NCBI GenBank assembly: GCA_964613215.1
Contig: CAZTHK010000011.1
Location: 61,297 to 125,296 of the forward strand
DNA from: an uncultured bacterium
GTDB taxonomy: Bacteria; Krumholzibacteriota; Krumholzibacteriia; Krumholzibacteriales; CAZTHK01
Length of the DNA: 64,000 bases
Direction: 5' to 3'
Shown here one piece after another: positions 40,505 through 49,795 of the stretch; within the stretch, counting starts at the first letter, position 1; every line of letters begins with the position of its first letter. The notes under the pieces are model-generated. The model made no database searches. It saw only the letters and a program-made list of their open reading frames with translations, and was not told the origin of the DNA. The position numbers and the translations under genes were made by a program.

Positions 40505-42202
40505 CTATACCCTGGTTCGGGTCAATTCAGCCTCTTTGAGGTTCTCCTCATACACTTCTATGATGTAATCTTCTCTCCACTTCTTCAGCTTCTCCTGCAA
40601 TTTCTCCTCAGCCTTCTGCTCCGTCAACATTCTCTTGATCTCGCCGGCTGCTTCCGAAAAGGCAGGCTGTTCAGGCTCCTGTATCTCCAGAAGCTTTATC
40701 ACAGCCCATCCGCGTGAAATCTCAAACGGGCCGGCTATCGTTCCCTCCTTCTTCAGGGAGAAGGCGTACTGGTCATATTCGGGATAATGGCCTCTGTTAA
40801 CCAGGCCGGTCTTTCCCATGTTTTCACTGGCGGTGGGATCTTCAGAGTATACCGTAGCCAGCTTTTCAAAGCTGGCACCCGCTCTGGCCTTGCTGACTAC
40901 CTCCTCGGCAGTGCTCTTATCCCCCACCACGATTATGGCGAAATTTCTCTTCTCCTTCTTGAAAATGCTCTCCTTGTTCTTCTCGTAGAAATCCTTCATC
41001 TCCGCTGAGGTAACATTTACCATCTTCTTTATCTGCTGATTGTAGAGGGTGTGCACCAGAAACTGTTCCTTCCTCTTGGCCAGGGTCCGGGCCACTTCCG
41101 GAATTTCCAGAATCTTCTCCTTCTTCTCCGCATAAGCAGCCAGCACCTTATCAAAGACATACTTGTGTACTGCCTGCACCACGCTTCTCTTTCCATATTC
41201 CCTTCTGGGCCTTTCCGGCAAACCCATGGCGTTATAAATATCCACGAAGTCCTTCAGGGTTACCACCCCATCCTCGTACTGGCAGATGATCTTGTCCTTG
41301 TACTTATCCGGTATATCGGGTGAGGGAGCAGTGCTCCTCTCCACCTTGCGGGTAAATATATCTCCCATGGGAACATCCTCCGGGAGAGAGTTATAGGCAA
41401 TATCTATCGCATCAGGGAAGAAGGTAAGCCCTATCTCTTTCTCGATCTTCTTCTTATAGTTCTCAATTCCCTGCTTCTGTTTAATAGCCCTTACCCTCTT
41501 GCCGGCATAAGCCTTATCCTTCTCCGGTACAATCTTCCTCTTCTTGTGAAGCTTAAGCAGGGCGTAACCTATGGTTGTTTGCAGTGGCTGGGATACCTCC
41601 CCCTCTTCCATTTCGAAAAGAGCCTCTTCCACCCACCACAGGATCTCTCCCACCGGTCTGGATCCTATAAAACCCCCATCTTCCGCTCCGGGGCCGATTG
41701 AATATTTTTCTGCAGCATCCTCAAAGTCCATTCCCGCCATAATCTCTTCCCTTACCTCCACCGCATCCTCCTCATTTGGGACTATGATCTGGCTCAGGGT
41801 GTATTCGTAATGCATCTCGTTCCAGTAATTTTCCACCTCTTCCTCGGTTACCTCCACCTTCCTTCTGATTTTATGTTCCATCAGAGAAGCTACCAGGAAA
41901 GGCTGCTTGAAACCCTCCCAGAAATCTACGAACCAGTCCTCCTTATCATATCCGGCGGCTTTGGCTTTAATAGCCATAACCTCTTTATCAATAATAATAT
42001 CCAACGCTTTCTTCTTGCCTTCAAGATCGCTGGTCTCGGGAAGATATTTATTCTCCAGCTTCTCCACAGTCTCCTCGAAATCTGCAACGGTGATCTCATT
42101 CTGGTCAACCCTGGCAACTACCAGGTCCTTTTCATTCTTCTCGCCGCATCCGAAGGACAGCACCAGGGAAAATACCGTCAGTAATATTATCGTCTTTCTC
42201 AA
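40505..42202 (-). CDS. SurA/PpiD-like peptidyl-prolyl isomerase lipoprotein
   Basis: Lipobox LSFGC. Parvulin domain GGFIGSRPVGEI...IGYALLKL and a second one GLVNRGHYPEYDQYAFSL...RGWAVIKL. Confidence 0.75.
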   Translation of the reverse strand: MRKTIILLTVFSLVLSFGCGEKNEKDLVVARVDQNEITVADFEETVEKLENKYLPETSDLEGKKKALDIIIDKEVMAIKAKAAGYDKEDWFVDFWEGFKQPFLVASLMEHKIRRKVEVTEEEVENYWNEMHYEYTLSQIIVPNEEDAVEVREEIMAGMDFEDAAEKYSIGPGAEDGGFIGSRPVGEILWWVEEALFEMEEGEVSQPLQTTIGYALLKLHKKRKIVPEKDKAYAGKRVRAIKQKQGIENYKKKIEKEIGLTFFPDAIDIAYNSLPEDVPMGDIFTRKVERSTAPSPDIPDKYKDKIICQYEDGVVTLKDFVDIYNAMGLPERPRREYGKRSVVQAVHKYVFDKVLAAYAEKKEKILEIPEVARTLAKRKEQFLVHTLYNQQIKKMVNVTSAEMKDFYEKNKESIFKKEKRNFAIIVVGDKSTAEEVVSKARAGASFEKLATVYSEDPTASENMGKTGLVNRGHYPEYDQYAFSLKKEGTIAGPFEISRGWAVIKLLEIQEPEQPAFSEAAGEIKRMLTEQKAEEKLQEKLKKWREDYIIEVYEENLKEAELTRTRV

Positions 42203-42295
42203 ACCGTTCTCCTTTCCGATTACTTAGTTTTTTCTTTCACTCTTGCCTTATCAGGGTTCAATTTTACTGACTCATCCATTTTATATTAAACTACA

Positions 42296-45200
42296 TTAAT
42301 TAGCATAAGTTTCCAGTATTTTCAACAGGCTTTCGATTTCACTCAGTATCGCCTCTGAACGCAGAAACTCCTCCTCCCTCCCATCCAACCCCTCGCCATC
42401 GAGATTAACCGAGAAGGAAAGATGGTGATCCGATTTGAATGACAAGCCGTTCCGGTACTTTTCCGCCAGGGCACCCAGCACCTTGCTGCCAGGAGCTTTT
42501 CCCTCCGGGAAGCTGCCCCTGATTATACTGTTCCCTTTCAATTCAAGCCTCTCCAGATCATTTCTTCCCGCCATTATCTTGATTTCAACCAGTCTTAATA
42601 TATTCTCCGCCGGAGGGGGCAGCGGGCCGAACCGGTCCCTCAATTCGTCCCTCACATCCTCCACCTCCTCAGTTTTCCTCATTCCGGTCAACCTCCGGTA
42701 GATATTCATCCTCTCCTCGGAATCTGCTATATAATCCTGAGGGAAGTATGAAGCCACCGGAATGGACAGTCTAACCTCCTTTTCCTCCTCCTTCTCCCTG
42801 CCCTGCAACATGTCTATCTCATCCTTGATCATCCTGGCATACAAATCCAGGCCCACTTCGTTGATATGCCCGGACTGCTGGGGGCCCAGAAAGTTGCCCG
42901 CCCCCCTGATCTCCAGATCCCTCATGGCCAGGCGGTATCCCGCACCCAGATAATCGAATTCGCTTATAGCCTGCAGCCTCCTGATGGCAGTTTCAGTCAG
43001 CGCTCTCCCGGGAGGCACCAGCAGGCAGGCGTAGGCTTTCCGGTCGGAACGCCCCACCCTGCCTCTCAGCTGGTACAGCTGGGCCAGCCCGAACTTGTCC
43101 GCCCTGTTTATGATTATGGTGTTGACATTCGGAAAATCAAGACCGGCCTCTATGATCATGGTGCATACCAGCACATCGAACCGCCCCTCCATGAAATCGA
43201 TCATCTTCTGCTCCAGCTTCCTCTCACTCATCTGTCCGTGGGCATGAGATACCTTCACCCTGTCCGGAAGCAGGCGGTTCAGGTATCCCTCCATTACTTC
43301 TATTGATCTAACCCGGTTATGAACGAAGAAGACCTGGCCGCCACGGTTTATCTCCCTCATCACCGATTCCCTGATATCCTGATCGTTGAAGGGAAGTATC
43401 TCCGTATGGATGGGAAAGCGGTTCCGGGGCGGGGTATCGATAACCGACATATCCCTCAGCCCGGAGATAGCCATGGAGAGGGTTCTGGGTATGGGTGTGG
43501 CGGTCATGCTCAGAACATCCACGTTCTCCTTGATCTTCTTGAATCTCTCCTTATGCCGGACTCCGAACCGGTGCTCCTCATCGATTACCAGAAGCCCCAG
43601 GTTGTTGAAGTCGACATCCCGGGACAGCAGCCGGTGGGTTCCCACCACAATATCCACCTTCCCCTGTGACAATTCCCGTAGCACCTCCTTCTGCCGGGCG
43701 GGAGTGAGGAAACGGCTGATGACCGATATATTTACCGGAAAGCCCTTCAGCCTTTCGCTGAGGGTGTGGTAATGCTGCATGGCCAGCACGGTGGTAGGCA
43801 CCAGAAAGGCAGACTGCCTCCCGTCCAGCACGCATTTGAAGGCGGCCCTTATAGCCACCTCCGTCTTTCCGAAACCCACATCCCCGCAGAGCAGCCTGTC
43901 CATGGGCCGCTCCTTCTCCATGTCCCTCTTTACCTCTCCGGTAGCCCTGAGCTGATGAGGAGTCTCCTGATAGGGGAAGGATGCCTCCATCTCCATCTGC
44001 CAGTGGCTGTCGGCACTGAATGAATATCCCTCGGCAATCTGCCTGGCCGCATATACCTTTACCAGATCCCTGGCTATCTTCTCGGCACTCTTCCTGGCCC
44101 GCTTTCTCGCTCTGGCCCATGCAGCCGATCCCAGTTTATCCAGCTTTGGCTTCATCTCCTCGGCGGCTACATACTTCTCCAGCATCCTCACCCTCTCCAC
44201 CGGAATGAACAGCTGATCATCCCCCTGATACTTGATGGACAGACACTCGGTGATGCCGGAGCCGGTTTCGATCAATCTCATCCCCATATACCTTCCGATC
44301 CCATGATCCAGATGTACCACGATATCTCCCGGCTGAAACTGGGAATGATCATAGGCAAGGGACCTCCTCTTTGACCTCCGGGAACGGTAGGGCCGGTGAT
44401 ACCTTCCGAACATCTCTTCGTCACTGAGAAAGAAAGCCTTCACTCCGGGCCAGATGAAACCGCTGGAGAGGGTGCCCACCAGCAGGTCCACTCCCATAGC
44501 CAGGTCTTCAAGGATATCATCCACCCTTCTCCTCTGCTGCTCCCCGTCGCAGAAGATAAAGACCTGCCTGCTCCGCTCCAGCTGTTTCCGGATGTCCTTA
44601 AGCAAACCCTTGATATTTCTCCGGTACTTGGCAGGAGGCCTTACCGAAAATTTTACCCCCTCCTCCCTGTTGATGGAGTAGTAATGCATCCTCCCGCTGG
44701 AATTCATCCAGCGGAGGTATTCCTCCTCCTCCAGGTATACCCGGGCGGGAGAGGGGTACAGATTTCCCTCCTCCCTGGATCTGAGGTGCCGCTGCTCTAT
44801 CTCATCCCTGAAATCCTGAACAGACCTGTCCACCTGTTCACGCTGGTAGAACACCGTGAAGGGAGGATGGGAAAAATAACTGAACAGCGGTTCCAGGGAA
44901 TGAATGTCGGCAGCGTAATGTTCCATCCCAAAGAAGGATATTCCTCTCTCCAGGCGTTCTACAGGTAGCATCAACCTGGCCCTTTCATCTTCCTCCAGCT
45001 CCACGGTCTCCTCCTCCAGCCGGGCACGAAGCTCTTTGAGGTCTCCCTTCCGGGGTGCAATATGGCTTGCCGGATTGATGAAAAAGCCCCCCAGCTCCTC
45101 CCTGGACCGCTGAGTATCCACATCGAATTCCCGGATGGAAACTATCTCATCCCCGTCGAACTCCAGCCTGACGGGGAACTCTCTGCTTACTTCGAAGATG

Positions 45201-45745
45201 TCGATAATTCCACCCCGCTGAGCCATCTGCCCCTTCTCCTCCACAGTAGTCTGTCTTTCATAACCCAGCTCAGCCAGCCTGTCTATCAGGTAATAGGGAT
45301 CGTTTTCCTCCCCCCCGGAGAGGGAAAATATCAACCGGGAAAAGAATGAAGGTGCATAAACCTTCTTCAGCAGGGATCTTATGGTGGTAACCAGAACTCT
45401 GCAATCCCCCCGGATAAGAGAGGCCAGCGTCTCCATCTGTTCTCCGGTAATATCCCTGTCCGGTTCGTGATAGTCGTAAGGGAGTATCTCATCTTCCGGA
45501 TAATTGCATATCCCCTCCACCCCGAAAATTCCAAGATCATCCGAAACATCCCTGGCAGTTACCGGATCGGGAGTTACCACCAGGAAGGGGGCCCTGAAAT
45601 CATCCATCAAAGTTGCCAGCACCAGAGAATGACTGCTTCCATAAAGACCGGTTACGCCGGCCCCCTCCTCCCCCCTCTCCAGAAACTTCAGCAAATCCCG
45701 GTAGGATGCGTCCTCTCTGATCCTGTTCTTCAATTCTCCCCACAT
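42296..45745 (-). CDS. mfd: transcription-repair coupling factor
   Basis: 1149 aa with a UvrB-homology domain, a DEEH helicase box (LVIDEEHRFGV) and a TRCF C-terminal domain. Confidence 0.95.
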   Translation of the reverse strand: MWGELKNRIREDASYRDLLKFLERGEEGAGVTGLYGSSHSLVLATLMDDFRAPFLVVTPDPVTARDVSDDLGIFGVEGICNYPEDEILPYDYHEPDRDITGEQMETLASLIRGDCRVLVTTIRSLLKKVYAPSFFSRLIFSLSGGEENDPYYLIDRLAELGYERQTTVEEKGQMAQRGGIIDIFEVSREFPVRLEFDGDEIVSIREFDVDTQRSREELGGFFINPASHIAPRKGDLKELRARLEEETVELEEDERARLMLPVERLERGISFFGMEHYAADIHSLEPLFSYFSHPPFTVFYQREQVDRSVQDFRDEIEQRHLRSREEGNLYPSPARVYLEEEEYLRWMNSSGRMHYYSINREEGVKFSVRPPAKYRRNIKGLLKDIRKQLERSRQVFIFCDGEQQRRRVDDILEDLAMGVDLLVGTLSSGFIWPGVKAFFLSDEEMFGRYHRPYRSRRSKRRSLAYDHSQFQPGDIVVHLDHGIGRYMGMRLIETGSGITECLSIKYQGDDQLFIPVERVRMLEKYVAAEEMKPKLDKLGSAAWARARKRARKSAEKIARDLVKVYAARQIAEGYSFSADSHWQMEMEASFPYQETPHQLRATGEVKRDMEKERPMDRLLCGDVGFGKTEVAIRAAFKCVLDGRQSAFLVPTTVLAMQHYHTLSERLKGFPVNISVISRFLTPARQKEVLRELSQGKVDIVVGTHRLLSRDVDFNNLGLLVIDEEHRFGVRHKERFKKIKENVDVLSMTATPIPRTLSMAISGLRDMSVIDTPPRNRFPIHTEILPFNDQDIRESVMREINRGGQVFFVHNRVRSIEVMEGYLNRLLPDRVKVSHAHGQMSERKLEQKMIDFMEGRFDVLVCTMIIEAGLDFPNVNTIIINRADKFGLAQLYQLRGRVGRSDRKAYACLLVPPGRALTETAIRRLQAISEFDYLGAGYRLAMRDLEIRGAGNFLGPQQSGHINEVGLDLYARMIKDEIDMLQGREKEEEKEVRLSIPVASYFPQDYIADSEERMNIYRRLTGMRKTEEVEDVRDELRDRFGPLPPPAENILRLVEIKIMAGRNDLERLELKGNSIIRGSFPEGKAPGSKVLGALAEKYRNGLSFKSDHHLSFSVNLDGEGLDGREEEFLRSEAILSEIESLLKILETYAN

Positions 45746-45748
45746 AAC

Positions 45749-47860
45749 CTAATCTGCCACCCCCGTTATCCTCCTCTGAGATAGAAACAGTTCCCCTGCG
45801 AAGAGTATCAGGGCGGCCATTACCAGAATCCCGGACACCTCCTTCCCTCCCCTTGCCTCTCTGATCATCTCTCCGGCCGGCTGGTCTTCACCTATGGTTA
45901 CGAATTGATCTATTCCCAGTGAATCAGCTACTTCCTCAGGTTCCGCCGTATCCAGATCCGATTCCCTGGTGCAATCCGGATTTACCGCTATCTTTCTCTT
46001 CAACTCCCCATCCTCCATCACGGCAAGGTATCCCGGCACCTCCCCGGCATCCACGGTATAATCATCTCCCTGGCTCTCCACACCGCTTTCTCCCGGTGCA
46101 GTGATATCCTCAGCCCGGCCGGGGTCCTGTTCTCCTACTGCCCCCTTCTCCGGTTTGACCTCCGATCCATCGGGGAGGATGCAGGCCAGATCACCCCTCC
46201 CGGTCCCCCTCAACAACAGCTTCTCTCCCACCAGCACCCCCTCTCTTCTGCCCGGCTTCCCGCCCGGAGTAACCACTGACTGATGTACCAGGGGCAGGAA
46301 GTAGGGAGAGAGTACCATCCGCCCGGCTTCCGGAGTGGGTATAATTGATATGAACCGGATATAGCCATCCCCCACCTCCTCTTCCCACATCATGGGAAAA
46401 TCATCGTTGAACCTGATCAGGACATCACTCTCCCGGATCCCGGTTACCAGGGGATATTCCACTATTTTTATCCTGAGAAATTCCTCCATATCCTTATCAC
46501 TGAAGGGGGAAAGCAATGGTACATCCTTAACCGGCTTCTGTGCCGAAACAAAACCCCGGTTCAGTTTCCTGAATTCTACCTCCGGGTTGTTTCCGCTTAT
46601 CTGCTCCACAAAATTCTTCAGGCCCGGCAGTACAAATATCACCATCCTCCCACCCTCCTTTACGAAATCCATGAATATCTCCCGGTCACCGGCCAGGGGG
46701 CCCCCGCCGGGGCCCAGTACCAGAACCTCTGCATCCTCGAGGTCCCGGGAAGTTATATCCTCCCAGTTCACTGTCTTCACACTGATATCCCCTTCGCCCC
46801 CGGCCGGATCCAGGGCCCTCTTAAGATACATCCCCTCCCTTCCCGATACCAGCAGGGTTCTAACCTTCTCCCTGGCATGAAGCACAAAGAATCTGGAATC
46901 ATCGGCGGGAAGCCGGTCTCTTCCCTTGCTCACCTCCCCCTCCAGCCAACCCTCCCGCTCCACCGGAATATAGAAGGTTTCCCTCTTCATCTCCCCCGGG
47001 AGCAACTCCATCTCCTGTTCTATTACCCGTTTTCCGTCCAGAAGAATCCGGAGGGGGAACCTGTCCTTAAACGCCGGCGAGTTATTCTTCAACTCCACCG
47101 TAACGGCAGCCACCTCACCCCGGTGGAGCACCACCCGGGGAGTAAACACCCCCCGGACGGAAACATTACCCCCCTGGCCCGGTTGAACCGGCACCAGATA
47201 AAGCCTGACCGGAGGTTCTTCCTCTCCCTCCTCCTTCACCTGATCCAGCCCGGACCTCTGAAAATCTGAAATGACATAGAGCTCCTTTACCGGACGCCTG
47301 CTACCGGCCAGAAGCTGAAGGGCCTCCCTTACCGACAAGGTCACATCAGTGCTCCTGAAGGAGGAAGTCATAGATTCCAGCTCCCTCTCCAGCACGGTCA
47401 TGTTCAGGTTTCTTCCCGTATACCTCAGCCTGGTTCCGGAGCTAAAGGTGATAAGCTTTATGGCATCCTCGTCCTCCAGGCTGTTCAGAATCTCCATGGC
47501 CTTCTTTCCGGCCCGCTCAAATACCATACCCCTCTCATCCCGAACCCCCATGCTGTAGCTGCGGTCAATCAGAATGCCCGCCTCTCTGGATCCGCCCGCA
47601 GGAAAGAGGGCTGCTACCCCGCCTCTCATCACCGGTCTGGCAAAGGCCAGTACCAGCAGGGCAATCACAGCCATCCTGAGTATCAGCAGAAGGGTTCTCC
47701 TCAGATTCACCCTTTTCATACTCCGCCTGTCCGACCGCTGCAGAAACATCAGGGTGCTGAATGGTATTTCCCTCACCCTCCTTCTGCTGAAAAGGTGAAT
47801 CAGCAGGGGGACCGCCACGGCGGAGAGAGCAGCCAGGAATATGGGATTCAAGAAATTCAT
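45749..47860 (-). CDS. BatA-like protein (N-terminal double-TM aerotolerance domain plus vWA)
   Basis: MNFLNPIFLAALSAVAVPLLIHLFSRRR... matches the BatA/TIGR02226 N-terminal double-TM domain, followed by vWA-like segments. 703 aa. Confidence 0.75.
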   Translation of the reverse strand: MNFLNPIFLAALSAVAVPLLIHLFSRRRVREIPFSTLMFLQRSDRRSMKRVNLRRTLLLILRMAVIALLVLAFARPVMRGGVAALFPAGGSREAGILIDRSYSMGVRDERGMVFERAGKKAMEILNSLEDEDAIKLITFSSGTRLRYTGRNLNMTVLERELESMTSSFRSTDVTLSVREALQLLAGSRRPVKELYVISDFQRSGLDQVKEEGEEEPPVRLYLVPVQPGQGGNVSVRGVFTPRVVLHRGEVAAVTVELKNNSPAFKDRFPLRILLDGKRVIEQEMELLPGEMKRETFYIPVEREGWLEGEVSKGRDRLPADDSRFFVLHAREKVRTLLVSGREGMYLKRALDPAGGEGDISVKTVNWEDITSRDLEDAEVLVLGPGGGPLAGDREIFMDFVKEGGRMVIFVLPGLKNFVEQISGNNPEVEFRKLNRGFVSAQKPVKDVPLLSPFSDKDMEEFLRIKIVEYPLVTGIRESDVLIRFNDDFPMMWEEEVGDGYIRFISIIPTPEAGRMVLSPYFLPLVHQSVVTPGGKPGRREGVLVGEKLLLRGTGRGDLACILPDGSEVKPEKGAVGEQDPGRAEDITAPGESGVESQGDDYTVDAGEVPGYLAVMEDGELKRKIAVNPDCTRESDLDTAEPEEVADSLGIDQFVTIGEDQPAGEMIREARGGKEVSGILVMAALILFAGELFLSQRRITGVAD

Positions 47861-47866
47861 ACCGCT

Positions 47867-48769
47867 TTATCGCAGCCTTCTACGTTTGTTAAGATATGAA
47901 ACCAGTGCCTGGTCGTATGGGGTTCCGGTGGTCAATAGATTGTAGTCTATGGAATCTTCCTTGCACCTCTGTTCCAGACCGGAGGTCCACTCCCGTATGC
48001 TCCGCCGGTACTCCTGCTGAAGAAACCATGGTTGAGCTCTCAACTTTTCTCCGGTCTCCCTGTCCCGGAAGGTCACCTCGCCGTCGAAATCCAGGGACAT
48101 CTCCAGGGGATCCAGCACATGGAAAACCACTATCTCATGCCCCCGGTGCCGGAAATGCTTAAGCCCCCTCATTACCGATCCGGGATCATCCATCAGATCA
48201 CTCACCAGGATGATCAGCCCCCTCCGCTTCAGTCTTTCAGCCATCCGGTGAAGAGCAGAGCTTATCCCTGTGCGGGAACCCGGCTCCACTCCCTGCAGAG
48301 TCTTCAGCAGGTAGTGCAGGTGCTTTTTTACAGACCGGTGGGGGGTAAGGGTATTGATTACCTCATCGAAAACCGCCAGCCCAACCGCATCTCTCTGCTT
48401 CACCATCAGGTATGACAGGGCTGCACACAGCATGGCCGCATAGGTAAGCTTGTTCACCTCACCCGAGCCGAAATCCATGGATGCGCTTCTGTCCAGCAGC
48501 AGGGTAGCCTTGAGGTTGGTCTCATCCTCGAACACCCTGACGTAATACCGGTCTGTCTTTCCGTAGACCTTCCAGTCGATATTCTTGGTGGACTCGCCGG
48601 TGTTGTACTGGCGGTATTCGGCAAACTCAGCGGAAAAGCCGTGATAGGGGCTCCGGTGCATACCGGCTATCACCCCTTCCACTATCAGCCTGGCCCTCAA
48701 CTCCATATTGGCCAGCCGGCTTACCACCTCCGGGCGGATGAACTCACTTCTTTTCGATCCGTTCGCCAT
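47867..48769 (-). CDS. DUF58 (vWA-like) protein, a partner of MoxR
   Basis: SPYHGFSAEFAEYRQY...LLLDRSASMDFGS is the DUF58 signature. Confidence 0.8.
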   Translation of the reverse strand: MANGSKRSEFIRPEVVSRLANMELRARLIVEGVIAGMHRSPYHGFSAEFAEYRQYNTGESTKNIDWKVYGKTDRYYVRVFEDETNLKATLLLDRSASMDFGSGEVNKLTYAAMLCAALSYLMVKQRDAVGLAVFDEVINTLTPHRSVKKHLHYLLKTLQGVEPGSRTGISSALHRMAERLKRRGLIILVSDLMDDPGSVMRGLKHFRHRGHEIVVFHVLDPLEMSLDFDGEVTFRDRETGEKLRAQPWFLQQEYRRSIREWTSGLEQRCKEDSIDYNLLTTGTPYDQALVSYLNKRRRLR

Positions 48770-48811
48770 CTGTTCACCAGTATATCGAAATTACTGAATT
48801 ATCATTCCCTG

Positions 48812-49795
48812 TTATGGCTCCACACTGTCCAGAAGCCTGGAAACGATATCATCTCTGGTCACTCCGTCCGCCTCAGCATGAAAATTGGTCACCAGCCTGT
48901 GCCGCAGTACCGGGAAGGCCACTCCCCGGATGTCCTCTGCATCGGGGGTGGGATTACCCTTCATAACCGCCAGGGCCTTTGCTCCCAGTATGAGGTACTG
49001 ACCTGCCCGGGGTCCGGCTCCCCAGGCCAGATATTCCCCGATCCCCTCCATCCGGCTATCCCTGCTCTTCCTGACCAGTTCCACGGCAAACTTCAGGACC
49101 TTCTCGGAAACGGGAACCCTCCTGATCAGATTCTGTATCTCGATGATATCTTCCCCCTCCAGAACCCTGGCCGGCTCCTCCGGCTCTCTGGAGGTGGTGG
49201 TATTTACTATGGTATATTCCTCTTCCCGGGAGGGATAATCCACCCTGATATTAAACATGAACCGGTCCAGCTGGGCTTCGGGAAGGGGATAGGTTCCCTC
49301 CAGCTCGATGGGGTTCTGGGTAGCCAGTACGAAGAAGGGAAGATCCAGCTGGTAGGTGTTACCTCCCGCGGTCACCCGGTATTCCTGCATGGCCTGGAGG
49401 AGGGCGGATTGAGTTTTGGGGGGAGTCCGGTTTATCTCATCGGCCAGTACGATATTGGCGAATACAGGTCCCCGGATGAACCGGAAAACCCTTTTGCGGG
49501 AGGCGGCTTCTTCCTCCAGAACCTCCGTGCCGGTTATATCACTGGGCATCAGATCGGGGGTGAACTGGATCCGGTTGAACTTGAGATTCATGCAGTGTGC
49601 CACTGTTGACACCAGCAGAGTCTTGGCCAGACCGGGCACCCCTACCAGAAGGCAGTGCCCCCCTGCAAAGAGGGCCATCAGAAGTTCATCGATAACCTTC
49701 TCCTGCCCTACAATTACCTTTCCTATTTCACCTTTCAGTTTATCGCAGGCACTGCTGAATTTAGATACCAGTTCAATATCCCTTTCATGTTCCAT
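48812..49795 (-). CDS. moxR: MoxR-family AAA+ ATPase
   Basis: VIVGQEKVIDELLMALFAGGHCLLVGVPGLAKTLL... is a MoxR signature. Confidence 0.9.
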   Translation of the reverse strand: MEHERDIELVSKFSSACDKLKGEIGKVIVGQEKVIDELLMALFAGGHCLLVGVPGLAKTLLVSTVAHCMNLKFNRIQFTPDLMPSDITGTEVLEEEAASRKRVFRFIRGPVFANIVLADEINRTPPKTQSALLQAMQEYRVTAGGNTYQLDLPFFVLATQNPIELEGTYPLPEAQLDRFMFNIRVDYPSREEEYTIVNTTTSREPEEPARVLEGEDIIEIQNLIRRVPVSEKVLKFAVELVRKSRDSRMEGIGEYLAWGAGPRAGQYLILGAKALAVMKGNPTPDAEDIRGVAFPVLRHRLVTNFHAEADGVTRDDIVSRLLDSVEP

